Below the pieces are notes generated by a model. That model was not told the DNA's origin. It ran no database searches and saw nothing but the letters and a program-made list of their open reading frames with translations. A stretch of DNA of 64,000 nt, from NCBI RefSeq assembly GCF_009914755.1, contig NC_060928.1; one strand, given 5' to 3'. Positions 13,379 through 35,102 of the stretch are shown piece after piece. The position numbers and the translations under genes are program-made. Positions within the stretch are counted from its first letter, which is position 1. Each line of letters begins with the position of its first letter. This stretch comes from the human T2T-CHM13v2.0 reference genome, Homo sapiens.

Positions 13379-16300
13379 GAATGTTCTATGTACTGATGAG
13401 AGGAATATGTATTCTGTAGCTTTAGGATGAAATGTTCTGTAAATGTCTGTTAGGTCCATTTGGTCTAGGGTATAGTTTAACTCCAATGTTGGCTGCAGTT
13501 TGGTAATTTTCTGTAGTGATAAAGTTTAATTATTTCTTTTTTATTTATGTATCTGCTCTACCAGTGTGTTTTATTCTCTCACATGTTTTTATGATGGTAG
13601 TTATCATTCTTTTGCTTCCAGATACAGGACTCTCATGTATTTCTTGTCGTGTAGGTCTAGTGGTAAATTCCCACAGTTTTGCTTGTCTGGGAGAGACATT
13701 GTTTCTCCTTGATTTCTGAAGGATAAGTTTGTTGGGTAATGTATCTTGGCTGCCAGGGTTTTTTTTCTTTCAGCACTTTAAATATATCATCCCATTCTCT
13801 CCATGCCTGTAAGGTTTTTGCTGAGAAATATGCTATTAGTCTGAAGGGGATTTCATTATATGTGACTTGATGCTTTTCTCTTGCGGTTTTTACAATTCTC
13901 ATTTTCTCTTTGACTTTTGACTATAATGTTTCTCAGAGAGAATCTTTGAGGTTGAATCTATTTGGGGACTTTTTAGTTTCCTGTATCTGAATATCCATAT
14001 TTCTTCCCAAAACTTGGAAGTTTTTAGCAATTACTTTATTAAATGGGTTTTCTATTCTTTTTCCCATCTCTTCCTCTTCTGGAAATTCCATAATACAAAT
14101 ATTTGTTTACTTAATTATATCCTGTAAGTCTCGTAGGCTTTCTTTATTCATTTTCTTTTTGTCTGACTGGATTTTGTCAAAAGACCTGTCTTCAAGTTCA
14201 GAAATTTTTTCTTCTTATGATCTAGTCTATTGTTGAAGCTCTTGATTTTTTAAAAAAATGGATTCATTGATTTTTTTAGTTTCCAATTTGGTCCTTTTTT
14301 GTGATATCTATGTATTAAATTTCTCATTCAGATTATGAATTGTTTTTCTGATTTTGATGAATCATCTGTCTGTATTCTCTTATATCTTTCTGAGTTCCCT
14401 AAGGTCATTATTTTAAATTCCTTTAAAAGTATTGCATCAATTTCCTTTGCCTTGGGATGTATTACTAATAAATTATTTGGATCCTTTTGAGGTGTTAATT
14501 TTCCTTGCTTTTTCATGTTTTTTACATCCCTATGTTAATATCTGCACATCTGGTAGAACAGTCACGTCTTCTAATTTTATGGCATAGCTTTCATGGGGAA
14601 AGACTTTTTCTGGCAGATGTGTTAATTGAATAGAGTGCTTTGACTTTGGTTCTGGGTGGGCACAGTAGTGTAGTGTCCATGTGTTTCTTCAGCTGTAATC
14701 AGTGTCAGTGGTACCTATGAGTGCTTTAGTAGCCTAGATTGTGAGTGTTTGTGGAGGCAGCTTTGCTGAGAGGCCTGGAGCTACCAGAGAGCCTGGTTTG
14801 GGAGCACTTGGAGGGGTATGCTGGTCAGGGCGGCAGTCATTAGTGGCAGCAGCCATTAGTGGCAGGAGCAGACCCCAGGTAAACCAGACCTTGGGTCCCT
14901 GGGGAGCATGCACAGGCACATAGCTCTATTTCCCAGCTGGAGAGTGTGGTTGCTGGCAGTGGCAGTCCCTGGGCAGCAGGGTAGTTCTTAGGCCCCTTGG
15001 GAGGGGACATGCAGTGGTTTCACTACTAGATTGGTAGGTCACCAGTGGCAGCAATTCTCAGGTGAGCCAGTCCTCAGGCCCCTGGTTGAGGGTACAGGCA
15101 CTCAGTAGCCTTGACACTGGAGTAGGCAAAGTCAAAGGCAATGGAAGGCCCCAGCAAGCTGGTACTCAGGCTTCTAAGGGGAATGCAAGCACACTGTGGC
15201 TTCCCCACTAGACAGGTAGTTTCACTGATGGTATTGGGCCCTAAATGTGCCAGTCCTTAGGCCCCTGATGGGGGCACATGGCAGCTCCACTTCTGTAGTG
15301 GGAAGGGCCATCAGTGGCAGCAGACATCAGATAAGACAGTCCTCAGGCCCTCAGATGGGGGATTGCATGAGAGAGCACAGGAGCTCTGCTGCTGAAGCGG
15401 GCAGAGTTGTCAGCATTGGCAGGCCCTTGGTGGGCCAGTCCTGGGCCCCCATCCTGGGGTAGCCAGTCCTTGAGTTCCTGATGGAGAAGGCCCTGCAGGC
15501 AATGCAGCAGCTCCACCACTACAGGAGTCAGCGTTGCCAGTGACACTGGCAGCAGGCCCCAGGCAGGCCAGTCCTAGGGCCTTTGGGGAGTGCACACGAG
15601 CATGTGGCAGTTCTGCTGGTCATTAGGCCGTCAGCTCTCAAATTCTGGGGAGCACATGCTTTGGCTCCCTCTGTCTTGAAGATGGCCTCCCTGATATACT
15701 AGATCACCTGTTCCCTTGGGTACAGGCCACTGCATTGCCTCAGGTGCTGAGTTCACAGCTACACCACGGGGTCCAACTGGAATCACAGCCCTGTAGCCTT
15801 CTGGATTGGATAATGATAAGGGCTCAGAAATGCAGAGAAGCAGGCCCTTTGGGGCTCCTGGACAGGGTACATTTTAGCAGTGGCTCTGTTCTCAAAATGG
15901 CACCATAATGCAGTAGTCTGGGTTCCAGAGAATGGCTGGGGGGAGGTGGGAACTCAGCATGAGTTCCCTCCCTACACTAGTCTCAAAGCCTGTGAATACT
16001 GTAGGGCTCCCTTGCAGCTAGAATTGCAGGTGTCTGTGGTGGGAATGTGGACTGCTAGGGATCTCCTGCCTTTTCTCACAGTGCAGAGTGCCTCTTGGCT
16101 TTGAGTCAATCCCAGGGCTCTTCCTTCTCTATGCTACCTTCCCAAGTTCCAATGCCTCAGGGATGCCTCTGTCACATATTCTCCCATGTATTCTGTTGTT
16201 CTCCCTAGGCATGCAATTCACCATGTAGTTATCTGCTTATCACTTTAGCCTTTTTGTGTGAAGGAAGCAGGCTCTTCTACTCAGCTATCTTGATAACATC

Positions 16301-16974
16301 TTTCAAGTTTTCTAGCTGGTGAAGATTTATTTCTAGTTCACTGCCACACTGAAGATACACCTCTTTGGAGTGATGACCTTTTGCATGTTTTTCCTGTTAG
16401 AAAAAAAATCCCATACCATTGTCACATTGAGTAGGGCCCTATACTTTGTCTCCAATCTACCATGTACCCACAAATGACAAAATGATACTTAAAAGTCACC
16501 AAGATTTAATAGAATATAATCTAAAGCTGTCCTCAGATCTCTTATTTTCCAAGATTTCTGCTTTCACTGTGCCTTTGGCCTGTCTGTGTGTTATTTAGTT
16601 TTATTCTAGCTATGCAACACATTTAAAAAGATAGATTTTTAAATATTTGATGCAAAATTTCCATTGTTTTTAGTGTGATGTTTGCAAATTTATTTACCTT
16701 GGTAGTACCAGAAACAGAAATCCACCATTATCTTTTCTAACTTACCCCTCTTTCCCTAAAATGTATTCAGGTGTAGAAATAACACAGTGAATTTTTACTG
16801 GAAACTTCTAAGATTTGGATAAATTGATAGAAAAAAAATAATTTGTTTTCTTTATTGCACTGACCAGAACCTCTTATAAAATATTGAATAGAAGTTTTGA
16901 GGAGGTGTTCTTAGTTGTAGGTGGAAAACATTTGCCTAATATCTTGAAGCATGGTGCTAGCTGTAGGGATTTTT

Positions 16975-24125
<7,151 letters not shown>

Positions 24126-24344
24126 TATTTTTTAACATCACCTCAAGACTCACATATGATAGTTAATGCTGTCAACATAGTCAACTATTACTTGAAAGTG
24201 ACATTGGATTTTGATTCATGTTGGCTTTAGGAGGACATGTTAATTTTTTTACTTTGGTTTAGTTAATGTTTTCATTATGATACAAACTATTCGCTCATTC
24301 ATTTATTGAGTACTAATTACGTTCTGGGAGCTGCTCTAATTTCT

Positions 24345-24666
24345 TTTTTCTTTTTTCTTTCTTTTTTTTTTTTTTTTTTGAGACGAAGTCTCGCTCTTGT
24401 CTGTCACCCAACCTGTAGTGCAGTGGCATGATCTTGGCTCACTGCAACCTCCACCTCCCAAGTTCAAGTGATTCTCCCGCCTCAGCCTCCAAATAGCTGG
24501 GATTACAGGCACCTGTCACCACACCTGGCTAATTTTTGTATTTTTTTAGTAGAGATGGGGTTTCACCATGTTGGCCAGGCTGGTCTTGAACTCCTGACTC
24601 AGGCGATCCACTGACCTTGGCCTCCCAAAGTGCTGGGATTACAGGCATGAGCCACTGTGCCTGGCC
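24345..24666 (-). mobile_element. Alu (AluSx/Sz-like) inserted in an L2 remnant
   Basis: Full Alu body with T tail; TSD ctgctctaatttct (24331-24344 and 24670-24683). Confidence 0.95.
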
Positions 24667-24766
24667 AATCTGCTCTAATTTCTAAGATGTAAGGATGTAT
24701 GAGAAGGTCTTGCCTTCCATGAATTCATAGTCTACAGTGGATACAAACAAGGTATACAAAAAAGGT

Positions 24767-26533
24767 ATTTTTTAAAATAATTTCAGCTTTCATTTTAGAT
24801 TCAGGGGACACATGTGCAGGTTTGTTACCTGGGTATATTTCATGATGCTGAGGTTTGTGGTACTATTTATGCCATCACCCTAGTACTGATCACAGTGCCC
24901 AACAGTTAGTTTTGCAACCCTTACTACCCTCCCTACCTCCCCCACAGAAGTCCTCAATTTCTGTTGTTGCCATCTTTATATCCATTAGTAACCAGTGTTT
25001 AGCTCTCACTTATAAGTGAGAATATATGCTATTTGGTTTTTATTATGTAAAATTATAATAATATTATAATATTTTTATTATGTTCCTATGTTAATTCACT
25101 TAGAATGATGGCATCCAGCTGTATCCATGTTGCTGCAAAGGACATGATTTCATTATATTTTATAACTGCATAGTATTCCATGGTGTATATGTACCACATT
25201 TTCTCTATCCAACCCACCATTGATGGGCACCTAGGCTGATTCCATGTCTTTGCTATTGTGAATAGTGCAGTGATGAAAATGCAAATGCATCTGTATTTTT
25301 GGTAGAATGATTTATGTTCTTTTGGATATGTACCCAGTCATGGGATTGCTGGGTCAAATGGTAGCTCTGTTTTACATTTTTTGAGAAATCTCCAAACTGC
25401 TTTCCACAGTGAATAAACTAATTTACATTTGCACCAACAGTAGGTAAGCATTCTCTTTTCACTGCAGCTTTACCAGCATCTGTTGTTTTTTGACTTTTAA
25501 ATAATAGCCACCGTGACTGGTATGAGATGGCATCTTTGTGGTTTTAATTTGCATTTCTTGGTGACCAGTGATGTGTGGAACATTTTTTCATGTTTGGCCA
25601 TTTGTGTGTCTTCTTTTGAGAAGTACCTCTTCATGTCTTTTGCCCATTTTTTACTAGGTTCATTTGGTTTTTGCTTGTTGATTTGTTTAAGCTTCTTAGA
25701 GATTCTGGATATTAGACATTTGTCAGATGCATAGTTTGTGAATATTTTCTCCCATTCTGCAGGTTGTCTCTTTATTACTGCTGATAGTTTCTTTTGTTGT
25801 GCAGAAGCTTTTTTATTTAATTGGTCCCACTTGTCAATTTTTGTTTTTGTTGCAGTTGCTTTTGAGGACTTAAATAAATTCTTGCCCAATGCAAATGTTC
25901 AGAATGGTTTTTCTTAGGTTTTCTTTTGGGATTCTTACAGGTAAAGATCTTACATTTAAATCTTTAATCTATCATGAGTCAATTTTTATATATAGTGAAA
26001 GATAGGGGTACAGTTTCATTCTTCTGCATATGGCTAGATAGCTATCCCAGTACCATTTATTGAATAGGGGGTCCTTTCCCACATTGCTTATTTTTGTCAA
26101 CTTTGTTGAAGATCAGATATCTGTAGTTGTGCAGCTTTATTTCTGCATTCTCTATTATGTTACGTTGGTCTATGTGCCTGTTTTTGTATCAGTACCGTGC
26201 TGTTTGGGTTACTGTAGCCTTATAGTATAGTTTGAAGTCAGGTAATGTGATCCCTCCAAATTTGTTGTTTTTTGCTTAGGATTGCTTTGGCCATTCAGTC
26301 CCTTTTCTGATTCTGTATGAATTTTAGAATAGTTTTTTATAGTTCTGTGACAAATGACATTGGTAGTTTGATAGGAATAGCATTGAATCTGTAGATTGCT
26401 TTAGGCAGCATGGTCATTTTAATGATATTGTGTCTTGTAATCCATGAGCATGGGATGTTTTTTCCATTTGTTTGTGTCATCTGTGATTTCCTTCAGCAGT
26501 GTTCTATAGTTCTTCTTGTAGAGATCTTTCATC
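24767..26533 (-). mobile_element. 5'-truncated L1 (old L1PA/L1PB-type)
   Basis: 3'UTR ttttagattcaggggacacatgtgcagg; ORF 25497-25889 is an ORF2p remnant ([20 protein letters not shown]). Confidence 0.9.
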
Positions 26534-27134
26534 TGATAGGACCTTCTGAGCATGGAAAGCAGTTTGTGTGAGGGCAAAGTTCAGGAGCAAGTAATGGCTG
26601 AAAACTCAGATTTTAGAGGATACATGGTGATCAGCAGTAGAAGATAGAACTTAGCTAGAAGATATATTTACACTTGCTAAGCATTCTAGCCTTTATCCTC
26701 TGGACCACCAGATGCCAGCAAGGTCTTTAATAATCAAATTAGTTTTTGTTTTCATTTTGTCTTGGCATTTATTGCTGGCGGCTCTGTGAGACAGGGACAG
26801 ATAACAGGTCAAGCAAATAGACTTTTTGCTTCTTGGGTTGAGAGAAGGTGAGTGAAAATAGTGGCCAAATTTAAAAAGTGTTTATGACATAAAATTGAGA
26901 AGATTTGCTCACATTGATATAAGGAAGAGTGTGGGAGGCTAGATGAGTACAGAGGAATTATCTGAGGGCCATAGAGAGGAGACAGCCTCTTGGGGAGCTG
27001 CCAAACAAGAAATTAGCCTAAACACAACCCCAGAAGTCGAACAGGCTGTCCATATGAATCATTAACTAAGAGGCTAGGAAAAGAGAAAGAATCCAGGCAA
27101 GAGCAAATGTACAGAGACCTTGGAAACCATGCTA

Positions 27135-27518
<384 letters not shown>

Positions 27519-28479
27519 TGACTAAAGTCCATGCCTTTAGTTTGTTGAAGATAGAGCTGTATGAAGCTCCAATCTAGCACGGTCCTTTCAGCACTCTTTT
27601 ATCTTCAATAAAAAAATTGGAATTAATCTAAACCCTTGCTGAAGTGAAATCAAGATATTATAAGGATAATGGTATTGATTATTAATTCTCCCCCAACTAA
27701 TGTACTTCCTGTAGGTGACTCAGACACTGTACAGAGACCTTCATTAACTCTGAAATCACAAAGGAATCATTCAGAAAGCAGCTCCTTAAATACCTAATAG
27801 TTAGTGCTGCCAAAGTGTTAATGCACCTTTTCAAAGCATTAAGGAACTGGGCAGATACAAATAGTTGCGATGACTATGTATAAAACATAAATTAAGACAT
27901 ACCTCATCTTTGATTTACACTGTTTAAAGAGGGCCCTTTTTAAGTGTGAGATTCTGTGAGCTAATATTTCCTGTCCATGACATTCTAATTTTTTAAATTG
28001 TGAACCATCCAGATTTGCCGTTGGTATGAATCAAGTTTTTTATTTAATTAAGCCAGCTTATCTGTCACTCATCATAATTAATCCATTCCTATCTTAATTA
28101 CTTTTTCATTTTCAGAGCCAATCATATATTAATACAAATATGGGAAAATCTAAGTCAATTTTTAATATAAATAAGAGCACAGAAAACCCATTGGATATGT
28201 GTATATGCTTCCTTCACATATTTAGAAAGGCTCAAAATATCTGAGTTCATATTCTGCCACAAACACAGAAACCAGAGAAGAAATATTTCAGTTCATTCAT
28301 TTACCTCATGACACCAACTATCTAAATACCACCGTTTCCCGAGATTTCAGAATCTTGCTTTTATTAAACCCATCGAATGATGAATTACAATAGAGGAGGC
28401 CTTTCTGTTTCTGGAGGCAATTGCAGGGAAACCATGCCTGTCAGTTCATTTTTGTCACTGGCGCATGTGTGGCTTTTTT

Positions 28480-29170
28480 CATTCACTCATTTATTAATTG
28501 AGCAAGACTCCAATCATTAGAGATGCAGCCATGAGTGAGACAAAAGAAGCTTTCAACTCCCTTTGAGCTTAAATTTTAGTGAGGGAGGCACACAATAAAC
28601 AAATAAACAATGATGAGTAATCCTCAAGGAATTAAGGTAGTAGAAGGTGATTCAGTGACTTCTGTAGATGGAGTGCTCAGAGAAGGCCTCTCTGAGGAGG
28701 TGGCATTAAAGCTGCGAGTTGAATAACAAGAAGTGCCATGAGATGATCACAGGACTAAGCATTCCAGGACGACATCATAGCTAAAGCAAAGGTCTGCAAG
28801 TGGGAATATAATCTAAGAATCAAGTGAAAGCCAGTGCTTCTGGAGGGACATAAACAGGAAAGTGGTAAGAGATGAGCTTGGGGAGAGAGAGAACACTCAT
28901 CGTAAGGAGTGTACATTTCATTTAAAGGTCCGTGAAGAGCTGGTAGGGGTTTTAAACAAAGTAGTGATGTGATCTGATTTACATTTTGGAAAAATCAGTC
29001 TGGTTGCTCCATGGAGAATGAACCAAGGGGCAAGTATGAAAACAGGGAGATGGAATCTGGATGAGAGGTGAGTATGGCTTGCATCTGGTAGCAGAAGGGA
29101 CAGAAGTAGATTAACTCAGGATTTGTTTAGTGGTAGAATGAGAGAACTTATTGATGTGTTGGCTCTTGGA
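28480..29170 (-). mobile_element. L2 remnant
   Basis: cattcactcatttatt start; agaaggcctctctgaggaggtggcatt; gtgatgtgatctgatttacattttgga. Confidence 0.75.
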
Positions 29171-29319
29171 GGGTGTATTATAGAAAGAAAAGAATCCATC
29201 ACAGATAATTCAATTTTTTTTATTTCATAAGCTTTAGGACTTTAACATCACTTAGTCATTTCATGCATTTATTCCATCGGTCATTGCAAAGGTTGATTCT
29301 TTTCACAGTTGTGTATTTC

Positions 29320-29556
29320 CTTGGTTAGAGCAAACTATGGTGTATGAGTTTCTGGATTCAATTCTGGGTTTTCTAATTTAGTGGCTGTATGCTCTTGAGC
29401 GAGTTTTCTAACCCCTCTGCCCTTTGGTTTCTTTGCCTAAAAAACATGGTAATAATGTTACCTATTTCATAGGGTTGTGGTCAGCAGTGACTAAGGAAAT
29501 GCAAATAGAAGTACTTAGCACACTACTGGCCTGCAGGAAGCAGTCATTAAATGTTA
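29320..29556 (+). mobile_element. MIR
   Basis: Core gagttttctaacccctctgccc...tacctatttcatagggttgtgg...cattaaatgttag. Confidence 0.7.
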
Positions 29557-29570
29557 GAAATTTGGTGCTA

Positions 29571-30516
29571 TAGCAAAAGAATCTATTAACAGAGTAAACA
29601 GACAACCTACCGAATGGAAGAAAATATTCACAAACTATGCATCCTACAAGGATTTAATATCCAGAATCTATAAGAAACTTAAATCAAGCAAAAACCAAAT
29701 AACCCCATTACAAACAGACAAAGACATGAGCAGATACTTCTTAAAAGAAGACATGCAAGTGGCCAAGAAACATGAAAAAATACTCATCATCACTAATCAT
29801 CAGAGAAAAGCAAACCAAAACCACAATGAGATACATTCTCATACCAGTCAGAACGGCTACTACTAAAAAGTCCAAAAACAACAGGCGCTGGCAAGGCTGC
29901 AGAGAGTAGGGAATGCTTATACACTGTCGGTGGAATTGTAAATTAGCTCAGCCACTGTGGAAAAGTTCAGAGATTTCTCAAAGAACTTGAAATAGAGCTA
30001 CCATTCGACCCAGCAATCCCATTGCTAGATGTATACCCAAAGAGAAATAGATCATTATACCAAAAAGACACATGCACTTGTATGCTCATTGCTGCACTGT
30101 TCACAATAGCAAAGATATGGAATCAACCTAGGTGCCCATCAGTGGTGAATTAAATAATGAAAATGTGGCACATATACACCATGGAATACTACACAGCCAA
30201 AAAAAAAAAAGAATGCAATGTCCTTTGCAGCAACATGGATGCAGCTAGAGGCCATAGGCCTAAACTAATTAATGCAGGAACAGAAAACCAAATACTGCAT
30301 GTTCTCACTTGAAAATGGGAGCTAAACATTGAGCACACATGGACATAAACATGAGAACAATAGACACTGTGGACAGCTAGTGGCGAGAGGAAGGGAGAGG
30401 GATGTGAGTTTAAAAACCATCAAGTACTATGCTCACTACCTGGATGCAGTATACCCAGGTAACAAACCTGCACATGTACCCCCTGTGTCTAAAATAAGAG
30501 TTGAAATTAAAAAAAA
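29571..30516 (+). mobile_element. 5'-truncated L1 (old L1PA), sense to NWD2
   Basis: ORF2 3' region plus 3'UTR and A tail; degenerate TSD aaatttggtgcta (29558-29570) and aaattaggtacta (30514-30526). Confidence 0.9.
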
Positions 30517-32276
30517 TTAGGTACTAAATTTCTCTTATCCTCCTTCCAATTGTGCATTCAAGTCTCAGCACCTAGAAATGAGTTAACATGTTTTTAAGAA
30601 ACAATAAGTTTCTGTTTCTTATATTATTACATAATTATTTTATGTACGATTTAGATACCATTTTTTTCAGAATTTCTTAACCCTTTTGAATATATTTTTA
30701 TCTTCTATATCTGCCAGTATTTGTTTCTTTTTAAAGTGGCTTTTTTGTTATTTGGGTTTTGAAAATCTAAGGGCTTTTAGAGAGATTTATTGAATATTAT
30801 AGGCTTTATTGTGAAGTTAGCATTTTCAGCTCTTAAAATGGAGCAAGGGAGGATGGGCATTCTGATCTCAAGATTATAGAAATTATGTGAAAGCTTAATA
30901 TAACTGCCTCCATCAGTGCCATAACACCGCATGGGCCCCGCTTTCATGTACAGCTCCTCCGATGGGTGTCCCGCTTTTTCTCTTTGGACTTAGAACTATA
31001 TTGAATCTAAGGCTGGAAAATACCCTATTTGTTTAGACCACAGACAATCCAGAAGACCTTGTATTTCTCTGAATCTTTGATTTCTGTGTAAACACTGGTT
31101 CCTGTCACTCTGCCAGGCTGCAGCTGCATTTCAGGCTTTCATGATTGGTTATTTGCTTCTCAAAATAGGCTTGAGAACAGTAGGAAAATAGAGTAGGTCA
31201 ACACGGCATATGGTTAAATTTTCATGGACAGATGTGTTTGAGAATAATAAGGAAATTCTTTTAAACGGTTATCTTTGTTATAAATGTGGTATGCAGATGT
31301 TTCATAGTTATGGCTGGGATAGAGGTACTTTTAGCAAATGGTACTTTTCATAAGATTACACATTAACCTAATTTTTGAAAACTATATTCATGTTTCACTG
31401 AAGGTAGCTGGGCAAGGAACAGCCTATTTGCTCTTAGAATCTTACAGTGCCATCATCAATGCAGAATTGTTCAGCACAGGTGACTTTGGAATCCCTTTCT
31501 GTGCAAAACATTCGACATTAAATGCATACATGTTTTGTGATTCTTCGAGCTTCAGGTTCTGTGTTTCTTCTTGTATTTTCTTAATGACAGGAGATAATAA
31601 AATATTTTTTTATTTCAGAAGGTTTACATGGTATGACATATGTAAAATAGTTTCTATCTCTGATATAATGTCCCTAAGCCCGGGGTGGGGAGGCATTACT
31701 TTATTAAACCACTGGCCAATTGAATCTACAGTGGGTGGATCTGCTATGATAGGTTTTCATGCTTGTTTCCATACTGTGCCAAATTTTGTAAAATGTCACA
31801 ATATATCTGAATAGGTAGCAATGGTGTAGTCTGGGATGTTTTTGGAAATCAATAATTAAATTTATCAACGTGTGTGTATGTATGTGTGTTTTAAAACTTG
31901 TATTTTGTGGAGCTAAAACCCTGATAACCCAGTGTCCTTCTGCCTCTTCGAAAGACATTGTGGTCATAACTGTTTAAGAGCTTAGTGTGAAGGTCTATGT
32001 AGGCATCAAGAATCAACTGTAAATTCTCAGCCCTGCCAGCATACACAGAACCAAGAAGTGGTCCATCCTGTGGACTGCTCGTGAGTGCCTGATGGATGGA
32101 TCTCTGTGGAATTAGGGGGCAGGTCTACACCAACAGCCAAATATCCTGTTATTTCACAATCCAGCACCTCAACTTGATTGTATTACTGTTAGTATTTATT
32201 TTTAGGTTTTCATTTTTTTGCCAGAAACATATGTGTGGACATACTCACTTCCTGTGTGTTTGTCTTTCTACTACAG

Positions 32277-32365
32277 ATACGGGAGCAGAAAGACAGGCGC
32301 TAAGAGAAAATGTATATCCTAAACTGAGAGAATTCTGCAGAGAAAACTATGGATTGGAATTTCAG
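32277..32365 (+). CDS. NWD2: Internal coding exon of NACHT and WD repeat domain-containing protein 2 (probable exon 2); phase 1 start, phase 0 end
   Basis: Acceptor tgtctttctactacag|AT and donor TTTCAG|gtaatt. Translates (D)TGAERQALRENVYPKLREFCRENYGLEFQ and joins in frame to 63120-63236. Peptide matches my recollection of the NWD2 N-terminus. Confidence 0.93.
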
Positions 32366-34587
32366 GTAATTCTAGTGTTAATTTCATTCACAGTTATGTC
32401 CAGTTAAATAACTAGTGTTTGTTTCTTGTCACAACTTGAGTGTTGTAAAAGACAAGTTTTAGGCCCTGAAAAAATTTATTTCTTCAAGCATGGGTAAAAA
32501 GAAACACTGACAAATGGAAATAAAGTATTTCATCATTTTTTATGTTTAGTTCTTTTATGCTGTGCTTCTTGGACCCTTCCTGGTATGGGCTCATCTTTTT
32601 CTTTGAACCATATTTATTTGCTTTTTTGACGGTCTCCACTATTATCAAAGAGATGAAAGTTGCTGAGCACCTGAGTTTAAGCTATGGTTTCTAGAAATAT
32701 TTTGCACTTAAAAATGGGGACCAACTTTTTTCAAACTTATTTCCTTTCATCAGCCAGGCCTGGCCTTGCCTTCTGTCTTGCCTTTAACTTTTTATTCACA
32801 TTGTAGAACATCGTTTTTCCTATTCATTTCAGAGCTACATCATTTACTCCCCCCAAAACATTATATCAGCCTTTCAAGAGACAGCGATGGCACACATCAT
32901 TGCTAAAGTTCATGAACATCCTAACATTTTAATGCACCACTGAATGTGCCATCTAACGGTAAAGTGCTTGAAAACATTGCATGTATCTTGGGCATCCAAA
33001 TGTTGAAAAAAATAAATGGCTCCTGCAACAGATAACATTATTTAGTCAGAATTTTTCAGCCTCATTGGCGATGGAAATCCTAACTCTCCAGTGCTATCTA
33101 AACTACACATTTACATTGTCAAGTGATGAATATGTAATAGAGGTCTGTGGTGCAGAAGTGCAAAATGCACCATTGTTAGTGGAAGAACATTTCACCCTTT
33201 GTTTCCTCCCAGATAAATATTTTATCTTGATATACTCCTGATGCCTTCTAATATGTTGTATAAAGTAACAGTCTCGAAATGGCTTCAATCTCAATGCATA
33301 ATGTCTTTGCCACCAGACCATGATGACACACACATTGAATCGTCACTCATAAGTCACCATTTACTTGACAAATTGTGAACCTAAATTAAATTCCTTGTCA
33401 TGAATTCAGCACTGCCTTCTCTGAGGAATCTGGTTTTACTGATAATAGGGTCCCAATTGTTACATAATTTCCAATCTGTCAAGAATCCCAAAGACTTAGA
33501 CACTCCTTGGGGACTCAGTTACCATAGAGGAAGAAATGTGTCCAAGCATATAATCCCATCTTTAGGTTTGTTTTTGCATCATTTTTGTCAACAGGGGAAG
33601 TCAGTGAGCTATAGAACAGCTTCTATAAACCATGGTATTGACTAGGATTAGCTGAGGGAGAAAGAGAAAAAAAGTATACTTTCTGAACTAGAGGTAGGCA
33701 CAGAAGATGGATACAGGCAAAGGAAAACTGTACTAGGCGAGGCCCATAGAATAAATTGACAGGATTATTCTAGGCAGGTGCACTGAATCAGCTGAGGAGA
33801 TGTTGGACCACAGAGTACACCGCAGTGGGCAGGGAAGATGTAAAATTGACCCCCAGTTCTCTACGGGTACTGGGAGTGACTGAACCTGCCTATCCTTCAG
33901 TTCAGTGTCTAAAATAGGAATGGCAGCAGCTTACATGTCTGAGGTTGTGTTTAGAATAAAATTAAATATGCAAGGTTACATTTGCTTCCAAGCTCTAGGC
34001 TTAGCAGGAGTTCACATCCATAATATCTGAATCTTCTAAGAATATACCTTTTAAGTGTAGTCTTTTATAGTAGGTTAATTATATCACTCCCTAAGGATAT
34101 ATTTTTTAGAGAGGCAGTTCTCTTCTCTCAACTCAACAAAAGGTATGATGCCAGAAGCTTCATGAACAGCCAGTTTACCCCCACAGTATCCCCGACTCCA
34201 TCTTTGGTTGTGCACTGAACCCAGAACATATGGTTTCCTAGAGTTACTCAAACATACCGGTCTACTTCATGCTTGCTTGCCTTTGCTCATGCCATTCTCT
34301 TCAACTACAATGCTTTTCAGTCTGGTTCTTCCCCTGCTTCACCTCCTGGATTCTACTCATTCTTAAGACTCTTCCTATCTAACCTCATGTTGTGCCCCCT
34401 TGCTCAATGGCCCACAGCCCTGTGGGCCTCTTTTGGATCCCTGAACACCTTAAGCCCATTCATACTTGAGAATTTTACTCTGGCTGTTCTGTCTTGCAGA
34501 ATACTCACTGCCTTTATCTTCACACAGCTGCTTTCTTATTGTCCCTCAGGTCTCCACTGAAATGTCACCCCTAGAGATGCTTTTCTT

Positions 34588-35102
34588 TTTATTATTATTA
34601 TTACACTTTAAGTTCTGGTATACGTGTGCAGAATATGCAGGTTTGTTACATAGGTATACATGTACCATGGTGGTTTGCTGCACCCATCAACCCATCATCT
34701 ACATTAGCTATTTCTCCTAATGCTATCACTCCCCTAGTCCCCCACCCCCAGCAGGCCCCAGTGTGTGATGTTCCCCTCCCTGTGTCCATGTGTTCTCATT
34801 GTTCAATGCCCACTTATGAGTGAGAACATACGGTGTTTGGTTTTCTGTTCCTGTGTTAGTTTGCTGAGAATGATGGTTTCCAGCTTCATTCATGTCCCTG
34901 CAAAGGACATGAACTCCATCTTTTTTATGGCTGCATAGTATTCCATGGTGTAGATGTGCCACGTTTTCTTTATCCAGTCTGTCATTGATGGGCATTTGGG
35001 TTGGTTCCAAGTCTTTGCTATTGTGAATAGTGCTGCAACAAACATACATGTGCATGTGTCTTTATGGCTGAAAATTCCAGAAACCAGAACGCCTCTTCTC
35101 CT
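34588..35102 (-). mobile_element. Short L1PA7-like insertion with a 37-bp 5' inversion, inside an L2 remnant
   Basis: TSD ctagagatgct(t/g)ttctt (34571-34587 and 35103-35119). L1 3' end at 34588-35065; inverted ORF1-derived piece at 35066-35102. Confidence 0.93.

Noticed and set aside
14700-16100. GC-richer region with several ORFs suggesting a promoter or exon
   Set aside because: CpG-poor and contiguous with L1 ORF1 remnants; best explained as an old L1 5'UTR.
30905-30985. Small cluster of four CpGs in unique DNA
   Set aside because: Too short for a CpG island, and I can support no motif or RNA structure.
31338-31814. 158-aa ORF in unique sequence
   Set aside because: F/I/L-rich composition typical of AT-rich chance ORFs, no recognisable domain, and it lies within an intron.
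32096-32407. 103-aa ORF as a standalone gene
   Set aside because: Only 32277-32365 is bounded by splice sites and protein-like; the rest is intronic read-through.
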